DNA of 37,311 nt from Pseudomonadota bacterium (GTDB taxonomy: Bacteria; Bdellovibrionota; FAC87; UBA2466). The position numbers and the translations under genes are program-made. The notes beneath the pieces are model-generated. The model did no database searches, was not told the origin of the DNA, and saw only the letters and a program-made list of their open reading frames with translations. This document shows positions 1 to 8,945 of the stretch, in pieces. Position 1 is the stretch's first letter, and each line of letters starts with the position of its first letter. The stretch spans positions 1-37,311 of the forward strand of contig JAYUGC010000048.1 in assembly GCA_043767805.1 (NCBI GenBank). Direction: 5' to 3'.

Positions 1-17
1 CGCGAACAAAACGATCA

Positions 18-362
18 TTACTTCTTGGTCCACTTACCTTGGGCATCTTGGACGTACCTGCCAGGCTTTTCGCCCTTGATACGCTCTTCGCCCATCACCT
101 TCATAAAGGTGGTCAGATCGACGCCTTGAGATTTCGCGCGATCTTTGTAAACGGAGAGTCTGTCGCCATTCTCCTCGCGCACCACGGAATCGGCTCCGCC
201 GGCGCCATTTACCACCCCTAAAAGTCCATCGAGTTGCTCGCCTACCGCGCCCTTGTCTTTGAGCTCGACGACTTGAGGCACTCGGGCTCTCATCGCATCG
301 AGGTTTGCCAGGGCCGGCACCGCGAGGAACACGAACAAAATTGTCAGAAGGGCTCGCTTCAT
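18..362 (-). CDS. ydbL: YdbL family (DUF1318) periplasmic protein
   Basis: Signal peptide (…VPALA), motif KDKGAVGEQLDGLLG…VREENGDR…Y, C-terminal GRYVQDAQGKW; last gene of the ydbH-ynbE-ydbL order; 4-bp overlap with ynbE. Confidence 0.85.
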   Translation of the reverse strand: MKRALLTILFVFLAVPALANLDAMRARVPQVVELKDKGAVGEQLDGLLGVVNGAGGADSVVREENGDRLSVYKDRAKSQGVDLTTFMKVMGEERIKGEKPGRYVQDAQGKWTKK

Positions 363-583
363 CCTTTAGTTCCCTTCTTGCTGGATTTCTTCTTCAAGAC
401 TTCGTCTTCGAGATTGAGAAGATCCTGGTTTTGATCCCGAACTTGAACCCGGATCTCGTGATCGATTTTCACGTTCAAGTTCACCACGATGGGTTTATCC
501 GAAGGCTCGATGGTGTGGCGCATGGTACAGCTCGCCAAAAGCAGCACACCCGAAGCCAAGAAGCCGTACGTTGCGCGTTTCAT
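359..583 (-). CDS. ynbE: YnbE family lipoprotein
   Basis: Lipobox LLASC and motif PSDKPIVVNLNVKIDHEIRV; lies between ydbH and ydbL. Confidence 0.9.
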   Translation of the reverse strand: MKRATYGFLASGVLLLASCTMRHTIEPSDKPIVVNLNVKIDHEIRVQVRDQNQDLLNLEDEVLKKKSSKKGTKG

Positions 584-2659
584 TTATTTATTCTTTAGGT
601 AATCGGTGAAGGCTTCGGGTCGCATCAAGCCTCGTAACAGGGATTGTTTCACGGCGGTTTCTACTTGTCCAGTGAGCGCGATTTGGAATTGGAACGGCAT
701 CCCATTGGCGAGATCCGGATTGTGGCCGGAGAGTGTCAAATAGGCCTCGAGTCCCGACGAAGGCGTTCGCTCGAGCCGAATTTGCGCCGACTTGAAAAAG
801 AAATTATCGAGAGCCTTGAACGCAAGAGCTTGTTGCCCTTGCGCGAGCAGATCTTCGAATTGGTCGAGATAAGTGACTTGAGCCGGCACGCCGACCAACG
901 TGGGATCTTTGTACTGGATCCACCCCGAGGTGTCGCCGCTGGAAAGCAGGCCGCTCTTCACCCAGAGATAACCGTCCTTCCAGGTGATCGGAATTCTGCC
1001 GACCAGCACTCCCTTCGCCTTGATCTGCCCGGCCGCCGCTTCTTTCAGCAAGGACTCCGCATCGACTTTCTGAACGACGACGAAAGCGTCAAAACCAAGC
1101 GGATCCAGAGTGATGGGGAAAGGCTCGACGTTCACGTGCCCGTCGCCCCAGTTGGTGAGAAGACGTTCGACCTGCAACTGATGTCCCTTTTGCGCGATCA
1201 CTAAGTCGAGCTGGTGAAGCGGCAAGATACTTCCCAGCCGCTCGAAGCGGGCGGTCGCCTTGCCCGCAAGCCGCAAGGGAAATAGCTCGGCCACCGCAAA
1301 ATCCACGTCGAGCTTCTCACAGGGCACGCCCCCAAAATCAAAACTGAGGCCGCGCGCTTTGATAGTCGCGGAAATCGACGGGCCGCTGCCCGCCTTCCAT
1401 CGCGCGCGCCCGGAGATACCGAGCGTTCCCTCCCGGGACTCGAAACTATCGCCGAGATCGACGACGTTGGAGGGATCGAACTTTCCGTCCGCGAAAGCGA
1501 ACTCCCGGCCGAAGCGCATATCAAGGCCCTGCTTTGGGGTCCATTCCCCTTCACTGGTCATCCAGATATCGCCGAGTAAATCCGCGGCCTCCGCTTTGAG
1601 CATGGCTCTTTCGAGCGTACCTTCCGTTTCGAATTTCAGCTCCACGGGAAGCGTGGCTCCTGACGCGTAAGCGCCCACGATTTTTCCGTGCGCGGCGAGC
1701 TTTCCCTCCGCCCAGAGCCATTGCCCGGACAACTCCAGGCCATCGGCAACAACGCTCGCGGTTTTAATCCAAGGGTTGCCTCGAACCGATCCTGAGAAAT
1801 AGACGCCGCTTTCGGAGAAGGCCACCTCTAACGGAAACCCGACGGAGGTTTGAAAGAACGGAGCCGTCACGGCGGGGAAATTCACGACGAGGCGGCTTTC
1901 CTTTTCTTTCTTTTCGAAACGAGCGCTGAGACGAGCCGCTTTCAGAGGCTCCGGGATGCCTTTACCGTCGAGGGAGAGGCCGTCGATTTGAGCCGTTCCC
2001 TGCTTAAATCCGGAATCGAAATGAAACGCCGTGGTTCCGGAGAGGCGGCCCTTGGGCCAGCTCGCCAAGAAACGACCCTTGCCGTCGATTTCGTCTTCCG
2101 TTTTCAAGGGCGGCCCATCGAACTTCGCCTCCGTCTTTCCCCAAGGAAGCCGGCCCGAGGCGCGGGCTTTCACACCTTCGTGGCCGACGACTAACGAGAG
2201 GGTCAGCGACTGCGCGCCGAGTTCGCCCGCGGCGACTTCAGACGCCACCGCTTCTCCCTGAAAAGCGGTAATCCGGATGCCTTCCACCGTCGCGTTCAAG
2301 CTCGCCGTCAGATCGCGGGCCACCAGTCCAACGGCACTTATATTTTTTTCCTGTATGGTCGCCAGCGCTTCGATCCGAGGCGGAAACCATTTGCGAAGCC
2401 ACCACTCCACGCGCACGCGGGGAAGACGCAAAGGAACTTGCAAAAGCGTGACGTCGATTTCAGCCGTCTGGGGAGCGAACGTCTCGACCCGTACTTTAGT
2501 TTTCAGGCCGATCGACTGATTCAAGACCCATTCGATAGCGCCCCCGGTGAGCGGCTTTCGAATCGCAAACGCCAAAAGCAGACCCAATAGGCCCACGCCC
2601 AGGACAGCAATGAGGGTCTTGAGTGGCTTGGGAAGGCGACTTATATTGGGCCAATGCAA
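584..2659 (-). CDS. ydbH: YdbH-like AsmA-superfamily intermembrane lipid-transport protein (start uncertain)
   Basis: N-terminal TM helix (LIAVLGVGLLGLLLAFAI), long beta-rich body, C-terminal GVLVGRIPI…GWIQY…ALDNFFF…LSGHNPDL region; synteny with ynbE-ydbL. The ORF extension to 2887 lies antisense to the 2654 gene, so the in-frame TTG at 2659 was chosen. Confidence 0.8.
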   Translation of the reverse strand: MHWPNISRLPKPLKTLIAVLGVGLLGLLLAFAIRKPLTGGAIEWVLNQSIGLKTKVRVETFAPQTAEIDVTLLQVPLRLPRVRVEWWLRKWFPPRIEALATIQEKNISAVGLVARDLTASLNATVEGIRITAFQGEAVASEVAAGELGAQSLTLSLVVGHEGVKARASGRLPWGKTEAKFDGPPLKTEDEIDGKGRFLASWPKGRLSGTTAFHFDSGFKQGTAQIDGLSLDGKGIPEPLKAARLSARFEKKEKESRLVVNFPAVTAPFFQTSVGFPLEVAFSESGVYFSGSVRGNPWIKTASVVADGLELSGQWLWAEGKLAAHGKIVGAYASGATLPVELKFETEGTLERAMLKAEAADLLGDIWMTSEGEWTPKQGLDMRFGREFAFADGKFDPSNVVDLGDSFESREGTLGISGRARWKAGSGPSISATIKARGLSFDFGGVPCEKLDVDFAVAELFPLRLAGKATARFERLGSILPLHQLDLVIAQKGHQLQVERLLTNWGDGHVNVEPFPITLDPLGFDAFVVVQKVDAESLLKEAAAGQIKAKGVLVGRIPITWKDGYLWVKSGLLSSGDTSGWIQYKDPTLVGVPAQVTYLDQFEDLLAQGQQALAFKALDNFFFKSAQIRLERTPSSGLEAYLTLSGHNPDLANGMPFQFQIALTGQVETAVKQSLLRGLMRPEAFTDYLKNK

Positions 2660-3082
2660 AAGCTTATCTCGGTTCTTTCCGTATCGATTTTTTGTCTCAC
2701 CGCTATTCTCGCTCAGCCAGAGGCCCGCGCCGATGAAAAAACCATCACGGGTACCGTGAAGGTGGCGCCCAAGCTTGCCGGCAAAGTGGGAAAGACGGGA
2801 ACGCTCTTCGTCTTCGCCCGCGCGGCGGGTGAGCAAGCGGGTCCGCCGGCAGCAGTCCTTCGGGTCGACTCGCCGGCTTTCCCTCACGCTTTTTCTCTCA
2901 GCGCGGCCCAGGCGATGATTCCGGGAACCGAGTTCAAAGGGCCTTACCGCCTGACCGCTCGTTTTTCGCCTCGGGGGGACGCTATGCAGAAGGAAGGCGC
3001 CTTCGAAGGAAAGACCGACGAGAAAAAGCCCCTTTCCGCTGGCGCCAAAGGCGTTGAAATCACTATAGATACCGCCCGATAA
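2654..3082 (+). CDS. Secreted stand-alone CcmI/CycH C-terminal Ig-like domain protein
   Basis: Signal peptide, then ITGTVKVAP…TLFVFARA…GPPAAVLR…FPHAFSLS…AMIPG…ARFSPRGDA…GAFEG, the pattern of the CcmI C-terminal domain. Confidence 0.75.
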   Translation: MQKLISVLSVSIFCLTAILAQPEARADEKTITGTVKVAPKLAGKVGKTGTLFVFARAAGEQAGPPAAVLRVDSPAFPHAFSLSAAQAMIPGTEFKGPYRLTARFSPRGDAMQKEGAFEGKTDEKKPLSAGAKGVEITIDTAR

Positions 3083-3120
3083 TTCAGCGCAACATTAGCC
3101 TAAGATCTCTCCTCGTCCCT

Positions 3121-3128
3121 GCCGATAA
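3121..3128 (+). promoter_or_regulatory. Putative sigma28 (FliA) -10 element
   Basis: Exact GCCGATAA 9 nt before the HD-GYP ATG; TAAG lies 16 nt upstream, so -35 spacing is imperfect. Confidence 0.45.
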
Positions 3129-3137
3129 GCATAAGAG

Positions 3138-4736
3138 ATGATTCCTCGTTACAGAACTAGGCGAGATGTCGATCGGCGCTTTCAGGCGCTGCAAGAGATG
3201 GCGGTCGAGCTCATTCGAGCTTCCGACCAGCACGACTTGCTCAACACCGTCGTCCATAAGGCGATGGAACTTCTCGATTGCGACGGCGGATCGCTTTACC
3301 TCGTCTCAAGCGAGACGCACCTGACCTTTGAGGTGGCGCTCAACCGATCGATCCAGGTCGATTTCGAGCGCACCCACATTCCCGTGGACGGAGCGAGCAT
3401 CGCGGCTCACGTCTTCCGTACGGCGCAAGGAGTGCGGGTCAATGACGTGTACGAGCTCAGTGAGGAAAGCCCTTACAAGTTCGATCCTACTTTCGACTCA
3501 CGCGTCGGTTACCGCACGCGCACCATGATCGCCCTGCCCTTGATGAGCTCCAAGGGACTGCGCCTCGGTGTCCTTCAGCTCGTGAACCGCAAGCTCAATC
3601 CCGCCGACAAATGGCCGAGTAAATCGGAAGTGCAGCTCGCGAAGATGCCGAACTTCAGCGACGACGACGATATGCTGCTCCAAAGTTTCGCGGCCATCGC
3701 GTCCGCGAGCATCGAGAAATCGAATCTCTACCGCGACATCGAAAATCTCCTTCAAGGCATCATCCACGCGTCGGTGGCTGCCATCGAGTCTCGCGATCCG
3801 GTAACGAGCGGGCATTCCGAGCGCGTTGCCGTATTGACCGTGGAACTCGCGCGCCGGACGAATGATTCGAGCGATCCCGAAGTGCGCGACGTTCGCTTCA
3901 GCGCGAAGCAGCTCCAAGAACTTCGCTACGCTTCGCTCCTTCACGATTTCGGCAAGATCACCGTGCACGAGTCGGTACTCTTGAAGCCCAAGAAGCTTTT
4001 CGAGGAAGAGCTCCTTCGCATCCGCACTCGCCTGGAAAGCTTTGGCAACGCCGCCGAGATTCGCTTGCTCTGGGACGCGCTGAAAAATCTGTCCCATGAG
4101 CGGCGCCCGCCCGCTGACTTCGATTTGGCCCGCCTCGGACACGCGGTCGAGACCGAGCGCGGACGCGTGGAAGCCGTTTGGAAAGTCATCAACGAGCTGA
4201 ACGAGCCTTCGATTCTCGACGCGGGCAAGTCCCAGCAGCTCGAGGCCTTGAAAGACACCTGCTTCACCAACTCCGAAGGCAAGCCAACTCCGATCCTTCG
4301 CCCAGAGGAGCTCAAGCGCCTCGGCATCCGCAAAGGCTCCCTTTCCGAAGAAGAGCGCCTCACCATCGAAAACCACGTGACCAGCACGTACCGCTTTTTG
4401 AAGGAAATCCCCTGGACCGAGGACTATAAAAACGTCCCCGAGATCGCCTACGCCCACCATGAAAAACTAAACGGACAGGGTTATCCGCGAAAATTGAAAG
4501 CTCCCGAGATTCCGGTACAAGCGCGTATGATGGCGATTTGCGATATTTTCGACGCCCTGGTCGCCGCGGACCGTCCCTATAAGCGCGCGCTTCCCTTGGA
4601 AAAAGCGCTCGCCATTTTGGAAAGCGAAGCCAAATCGGGCGCTCTCGACGCCCGGTTCTTGAAGATCTTCATCGAAGCCCGCCTCTTCGAATCCCCCGAC
4701 TTCGCCCGCCTCAATCTAGTTCACCGCGCCGCGTAA
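3138..4736 (+). CDS. GAF and HD-GYP domain cyclic-dinucleotide phosphodiesterase
   Basis: N-terminal GAF (FDSRVGYRTRTMIALP…GVLQLVN); GHSERV, LLHDFGK, HHEKLNGQGYP and DIFDALVAADRPYK motifs. Confidence 0.92.
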   Translation: MIPRYRTRRDVDRRFQALQEMAVELIRASDQHDLLNTVVHKAMELLDCDGGSLYLVSSETHLTFEVALNRSIQVDFERTHIPVDGASIAAHVFRTAQGVRVNDVYELSEESPYKFDPTFDSRVGYRTRTMIALPLMSSKGLRLGVLQLVNRKLNPADKWPSKSEVQLAKMPNFSDDDDMLLQSFAAIASASIEKSNLYRDIENLLQGIIHASVAAIESRDPVTSGHSERVAVLTVELARRTNDSSDPEVRDVRFSAKQLQELRYASLLHDFGKITVHESVLLKPKKLFEEELLRIRTRLESFGNAAEIRLLWDALKNLSHERRPPADFDLARLGHAVETERGRVEAVWKVINELNEPSILDAGKSQQLEALKDTCFTNSEGKPTPILRPEELKRLGIRKGSLSEEERLTIENHVTSTYRFLKEIPWTEDYKNVPEIAYAHHEKLNGQGYPRKLKAPEIPVQARMMAICDIFDALVAADRPYKRALPLEKALAILESEAKSGALDARFLKIFIEARLFESPDFARLNLVHRAA

Positions 4737-4856
4737 TAACGTTGGCAATTCTGACAACAACCTTTGGAACAGAATTGGCGGATCTCTGTCCCGTTCGTTG
4801 ACCTAAGGGAGCGGGCGAGATATCACGCGGTCAGTCAAATTAAAGAGGGAGTTCTC

Positions 4857-5099
4857 ATGAAACTGTTCATTCGCAATCTGTTGTTGGCCTTGCCCTTGGT
4901 GTTCGCGGTTAGCATCGCGACCCCCATTGCCGCCGAAGCCCACGGTGGCGTGCGCCGCCCGCGTCCTATCGTCTACGTTGGTCCTCACTACGAATACCGT
5001 TTGGTGTACGTATACGGCCCGATGTACGTAAACTACGGCGGCTACCTGGTCTTGTCGTACGGCTACTCGTACCAGTACCAGCTCGTTCTCGTGTACTAG
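4857..5099 (+). CDS. Small secreted Tyr/Val/Gly-rich protein (80 aa)
   Basis: GAGGGA ribosome-binding site before the ATG at 4857, 28-aa signal peptide ending AEA, own terminator downstream. Confidence 0.75.
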   Translation: MKLFIRNLLLALPLVFAVSIATPIAAEAHGGVRRPRPIVYVGPHYEYRLVYVYGPMYVNYGGYLVLSYGYSYQYQLVLVY

Positions 5100-5117
5100 T
5101 CCGAACAATGTTCTTAG

Positions 5118-5150
5118 ACCGGCGCCTCTTCGGGGGCGCCGGTTTTTTTT
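5118..5150 (+). terminator. Rho-independent terminator
   Basis: ACCGGCGCCTC-TTCG-GGGGCGCCGGT, an 11-bp stem with a C(UUCG)G loop, running into a T8 tract. Confidence 0.9.
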
Positions 5151-5155
5151 GCGCT

Positions 5156-6226
5156 TTAAGAAGCCTTCGGGGTCGGCGGAGCGCCGACCGCGTCGATGGG
5201 AAAGGTGAAAGTGGACTGGCAGGCGTCCTTCATTCCTTTTTGCATTTTATCCAAAGTGGCCGCAATCCGCGGATCGCGGGTTCCCCGGGCGATCATCTCC
5301 TGCAAGCGCCGGATGGCCTCTTCCTGATTACCCGTCTTGTTCTCGATGCAGGCGCCGTAGTAGTCGGCGAGGGCCGGGTTCTTTTCCTTGAGCGTCTGCA
5401 ATTTGGCGTCGAGGTCGCGCGGATCCCTGGCTCTGAGCATCTCGGACACGAACTCGAGCTCGACGAGACTGCGATCGTTGGGGTTTCTCTTCGCGGCCTC
5501 GGCGAGCCTGTCGTCGAGCTTTCCCCAAATAGGATTAGCGGGATCGCCTTTCGCCCGGCCTTCGGCGTCCATCAAGCGGGCGACGGCGGAAATTTTCGCG
5601 GCCGGGTAGAGATCGGGCTCGACCTCCAAAAGTCTCTCGGCTACTTCTGCGGCGGTGCCGGGATCAGTGAAGATCTTCGCCGCGAGCTTGTCGGAGAGAA
5701 CTTGGGGGTCGGTGATGTCGCTCAGTTTCTGATCGCGGGTCATCCAATCGGTCAAAGTCGCCCGGTAGAGGGTCGCCGCCATATAACAAGGGGCCACGGC
5801 CTGGCTCCACTCTTGGCCGGTCATCTCGGCGCGAAAGCGCTGCTTCATGTCCTTACAGTCTTGCAGGTAGCGGGCGTGCACGGAGGCCACCGCCAAGGGG
5901 GGCGTTCCACAGCCGCTAACGTCGGTAAGCGCCTCAGGCTTCGGGGGAAACGTGAACGCCTCGGAGAGATTGAGAGCGCGGAGCTTGGTCCACACGGCCA
6001 CACACTCGGGCGCAACTTTGTCCTCGGGTTTGACCTGGAGGGGCTGGCGCGGGGCTCTTTGCAAAGCCTGCATCCGGGGCGACGGCGCTTCTGCGATAAC
6101 GACATCGGCGGGGGCGACGGGGACTGCGGCCGGGGCCGCCGCATGGAACGCCTCGGGGTTGGGTCTCATGAGCCAAAGCACGAGCACGGTCAAAACGACG
6201 ACGACGATGAGATAGACTTTTTTCAA
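5156..6226 (-). CDS. Membrane-anchored hypothetical protein with helical TPR-like C-terminus
   Basis: GGAGG site before TTG at 6226 (alternative ATG at 6247), TM helix, Pro/Ala linker, six Cys, TPR-like segments (AERLLEVEPDLYPA; GNQEEAIRRLQEMI). Confidence 0.65.
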   Translation of the reverse strand: MKKVYLIVVVVLTVLVLWLMRPNPEAFHAAAPAAVPVAPADVVIAEAPSPRMQALQRAPRQPLQVKPEDKVAPECVAVWTKLRALNLSEAFTFPPKPEALTDVSGCGTPPLAVASVHARYLQDCKDMKQRFRAEMTGQEWSQAVAPCYMAATLYRATLTDWMTRDQKLSDITDPQVLSDKLAAKIFTDPGTAAEVAERLLEVEPDLYPAAKISAVARLMDAEGRAKGDPANPIWGKLDDRLAEAAKRNPNDRSLVELEFVSEMLRARDPRDLDAKLQTLKEKNPALADYYGACIENKTGNQEEAIRRLQEMIARGTRDPRIAATLDKMQKGMKDACQSTFTFPIDAVGAPPTPKAS

Positions 6227-6278
6227 GGATCCTCCGCCTACCGACACATATAGTCAGCGGGACGGAGGGGCGCAAGGA

Positions 6279-6638
6279 CTAGAACTTATCGCTTCGAAGC
6301 ATGACCAAAGTGCAGGCTTCGATGACCGGAATGCCGGCCGTTTTGAGTGCCGCCGATAGCTCCGGCGATTCGGCGCCCGGATTCAAGATTACCCGCTTCG
6401 GTTTCAAGGCGATGATTTCCGGAATGAGGGGCCCGATGTTCTTCGGTCCGATGTAAACCGTGAGGGTGTCGATCTTGCCGTGAATCTTGGTCAGGGAGGG
6501 CACGACCGGAATCCCGTCAATGGAATCATGCTTCGGATGCACGGGGATGACCTCGTGGCCCGCCTTCATCAGATCGTGCTGGGCTTGGTTGGATACTCTT
6601 TCTTTATCAGGGCTCGCGCCCAAAACGACGACTCTCAT
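6279..6638 (-). CDS. CoA-binding protein (YccU-like)
   Basis: MRVVVLGASPDKER…VIPVHP…IDTLTVY…VILNPGAE…ACTLVM; ATG at 6638. Confidence 0.88.
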   Translation of the reverse strand: MRVVVLGASPDKERVSNQAQHDLMKAGHEVIPVHPKHDSIDGIPVVPSLTKIHGKIDTLTVYIGPKNIGPLIPEIIALKPKRVILNPGAESPELSAALKTAGIPVIEACTLVMLRSDKF

Positions 6639-6684
6639 GGGCAAGACTCTACCTTGAGTTCGGGTAATGGCATAATGGGTTCTT

Positions 6685-7080
6685 ATGGTGCCTCGTTTCT
6701 CCGCCCCGTCCCAAGACACCCCAGTCGTATTTTTCGACGGGATTTGCGGCCTATGCAACCGCCTCCTGGATCTTTTGATCCGCGCGGACAAGCACGGGCG
6801 CTTTCGTTTCTCGCCGTTGCAGGGAAGAACGGCCGATGCGCTGCTCGGAGGAACGAGAGATCACGACTCCATCGTGCTCTGGGATAACGGCAACCTTTTC
6901 AAGAAATCCCAAGCCGTCCGGCGAATAGCCGAGCGACTCGGTTTTCCGTGGAAATTTCTCTCATACTTGCTTTGGGATGGGCTGTACGACATTGTCGCGG
7001 TGAACCGCTATCGGTTATTCGGGAAACGTGAGACGTGCCGGGTGCCGACCCCGTCGGAACGCGCGCGGTTCCTGCCCTAG
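6685..7080 (+). CDS. DCC1-like thiol-disulfide oxidoreductase (DUF393)
   Basis: VVFFDGICGLCN (DxxCxxC), FRFSPLQG, YDIVAVNRYRLFG…C…RFL. Confidence 0.9.
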   Translation: MVPRFSAPSQDTPVVFFDGICGLCNRLLDLLIRADKHGRFRFSPLQGRTADALLGGTRDHDSIVLWDNGNLFKKSQAVRRIAERLGFPWKFLSYLLWDGLYDIVAVNRYRLFGKRETCRVPTPSERARFLP

Positions 7081-7090
7081 GGCGGGGGCT

Positions 7091-8938
7091 TTACGACGAT
7101 TCCCAGCCGCGCGAAGGCTTTGCCGGGAGGGGCGTGGCTCCCTGCGCTTCCCGCTGCTCTTGCTGGCGCTTCCACAGAGCGGCGTACTCGCCGCCCGCCC
7201 GGACCAGCTCCGCATGGCGGCCCCGCTCGACGATGGCGCCGTCCTTTAGGACCAAGATCGCGTCCGAATCGACGACAGTGGAGAGGCGATGAGCGATCAC
7301 AATAGCCGTCCGATCCTTCGCCACCGTCCGCAAGGATTCCTGGATTTCCTTCTCCGTGTGCGAATCGAGTGCGGAGGTTGCCTCGTCGAAAAGCAGCAAC
7401 TTCGGGCGCTTCAAAATCGTCCGGGCGATGGCGACCCGTTGCTTCTCTCCGCCGGAAAGCTTCAGTCCGCGCTCGCCCACTTTCGTCTTATAGCCTTCGG
7501 GAAGGCGCGCGATGAAGCCGTCGAGATTCGCCATGCGCGCGGCTTCCGCCACTTCGGCATCGGTCGCTTCGGGTCGTCCGTAACGAATGTTGTACTCGAG
7601 AGTGTCGTTAAAGAGCACGGTATCCTGAGGCACGACACCCAGGGCGGCGCGCACCGAATTTTGAGTGACCGAGCGAATGTCTTGCCCGTCGATACGGATG
7701 GCGCCCTGCCCGACTTCGTAAAAACGAAAGAGCAAGCGGCCGATGGTGGATTTGCCGGAACCGCTGGGCCCGACGATGGCGACCGTCTGCCCCGGCGCCA
7801 CGCGAAAGCTCACATCGCGCAAGATCACCCGGTCGGGTCCGTAACCAAAGGTGACGTGGTCGAACTCGATTTCGCCCCGATCGACTTTGAGCGCGGGCGC
7901 GCCCGGAAGGTTGCGGATGTCGGCTTCGACTTTCGTCAGCTCAAACATCTTCTCCATGTCGATGAGGCTTTGCTTGATCTCCCGGTAGACGAAGCCCAAA
8001 AAGTTCAAAGGCAGATAGAGCTGAATGAGATAGGTGTTCACCAGGACGAAATCGCCCACCGTCTGCTCGCCCCGCACCACGGCTTTCGCCGATAGCCCCA
8101 TCACGCCGAGTAGCCCCGCTCCGATGATGAAGCCCTGTCCCACGTTCAAAAGAGAAAGCGAGGTCTGGCTTTTCACCGCGGCTTTTTCATAAGCCGCGAG
8201 CGCTTTATCAAAACGATTGTGCTCATGCACTTCGTTGCCGAAGTATTTCACCGTCTCGTAGTTGAGAAGGCTGTCGATGGCTTTGGTGTTGGCGTCGCTA
8301 TCTTGCTGATTCATCTGACGTCGGTACTTCGTGCGCCATTCGGTGACGCCCAAGGTGAATCCGATGTAGGCGACGATGGTCCCCAGCACCACGCCCGCGA
8401 GCCAGGCGTTGTATTTCCAATAGAGAATGCCGGTGACTAGCCCGATTTCCAGTATCGTCGGCAAAATATTAAAGAGCATGAAGCTCAAAACGAACTGAAT
8501 GCCACGCGTGCCGCGCTCGATAACGCGAGACAGGCCGCCCGTTTGGCGATCGAGGTGAAACGCCAGGGAGAGGGAATGCAGATGACGAAACGTCTCGAGA
8601 CCGATTTCCCGCTGCGCATTCTGCGACACTTTCGCAAAGAGCACGTCCCTCAGCTCGCCAAACGCCTGGGAGAGAACCCGCGCCAAGCCGTAAGCAACGA
8701 GAATGGAGATGGGAATCGCGATCGCCTGAGCCGGCCCGGAAAGCGCGTCGATCGCTCTCTTATAGAGAAAGGGCGTGTAAACGCTGATGACCTTGGCGAT
8801 GAGCAGGCAAACCATTGCCGCCACCACGCGCAGGCGAAGATTGGTTTTACGCTTCGGCCAAAGATATTTGCCGAGCGTCGCGGAGGTTCGCAGGAAGGGA
8901 ACCGATTTTGCTTCAGCGCTGGGATCGTAGGCGGCCAT
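7091..8938 (-). CDS. atm1: Atm1/HMT1-type ABCB exporter (fused permease and ATPase)
   Basis: FHLDRQTGGLSRVIERG, DSLLNYETVKYF, QLYLPLNFLG; Walker A GPSGSGKST, LSGGEKQR, DEATSALD. Confidence 0.9.
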   Translation of the reverse strand: MAAYDPSAEAKSVPFLRTSATLGKYLWPKRKTNLRLRVVAAMVCLLIAKVISVYTPFLYKRAIDALSGPAQAIAIPISILVAYGLARVLSQAFGELRDVLFAKVSQNAQREIGLETFRHLHSLSLAFHLDRQTGGLSRVIERGTRGIQFVLSFMLFNILPTILEIGLVTGILYWKYNAWLAGVVLGTIVAYIGFTLGVTEWRTKYRRQMNQQDSDANTKAIDSLLNYETVKYFGNEVHEHNRFDKALAAYEKAAVKSQTSLSLLNVGQGFIIGAGLLGVMGLSAKAVVRGEQTVGDFVLVNTYLIQLYLPLNFLGFVYREIKQSLIDMEKMFELTKVEADIRNLPGAPALKVDRGEIEFDHVTFGYGPDRVILRDVSFRVAPGQTVAIVGPSGSGKSTIGRLLFRFYEVGQGAIRIDGQDIRSVTQNSVRAALGVVPQDTVLFNDTLEYNIRYGRPEATDAEVAEAARMANLDGFIARLPEGYKTKVGERGLKLSGGEKQRVAIARTILKRPKLLLFDEATSALDSHTEKEIQESLRTVAKDRTAIVIAHRLSTVVDSDAILVLKDGAIVERGRHAELVRAGGEYAALWKRQQEQREAQGATPLPAKPSRGWESS

Positions 8939-8945
8939 GACAACT

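Noticed and set aside
2660..2887. N-terminal extension of the ydbH ORF
   Set aside because: Antisense to the CcmI-domain gene; Arg-rich non-protein-like sequence before the TM anchor.
5108..6253. 381-aa plus-strand ORF
   Set aside because: Runs through a terminator and is antisense to an ORF with a ribosome-binding site and TM anchor; no motifs.
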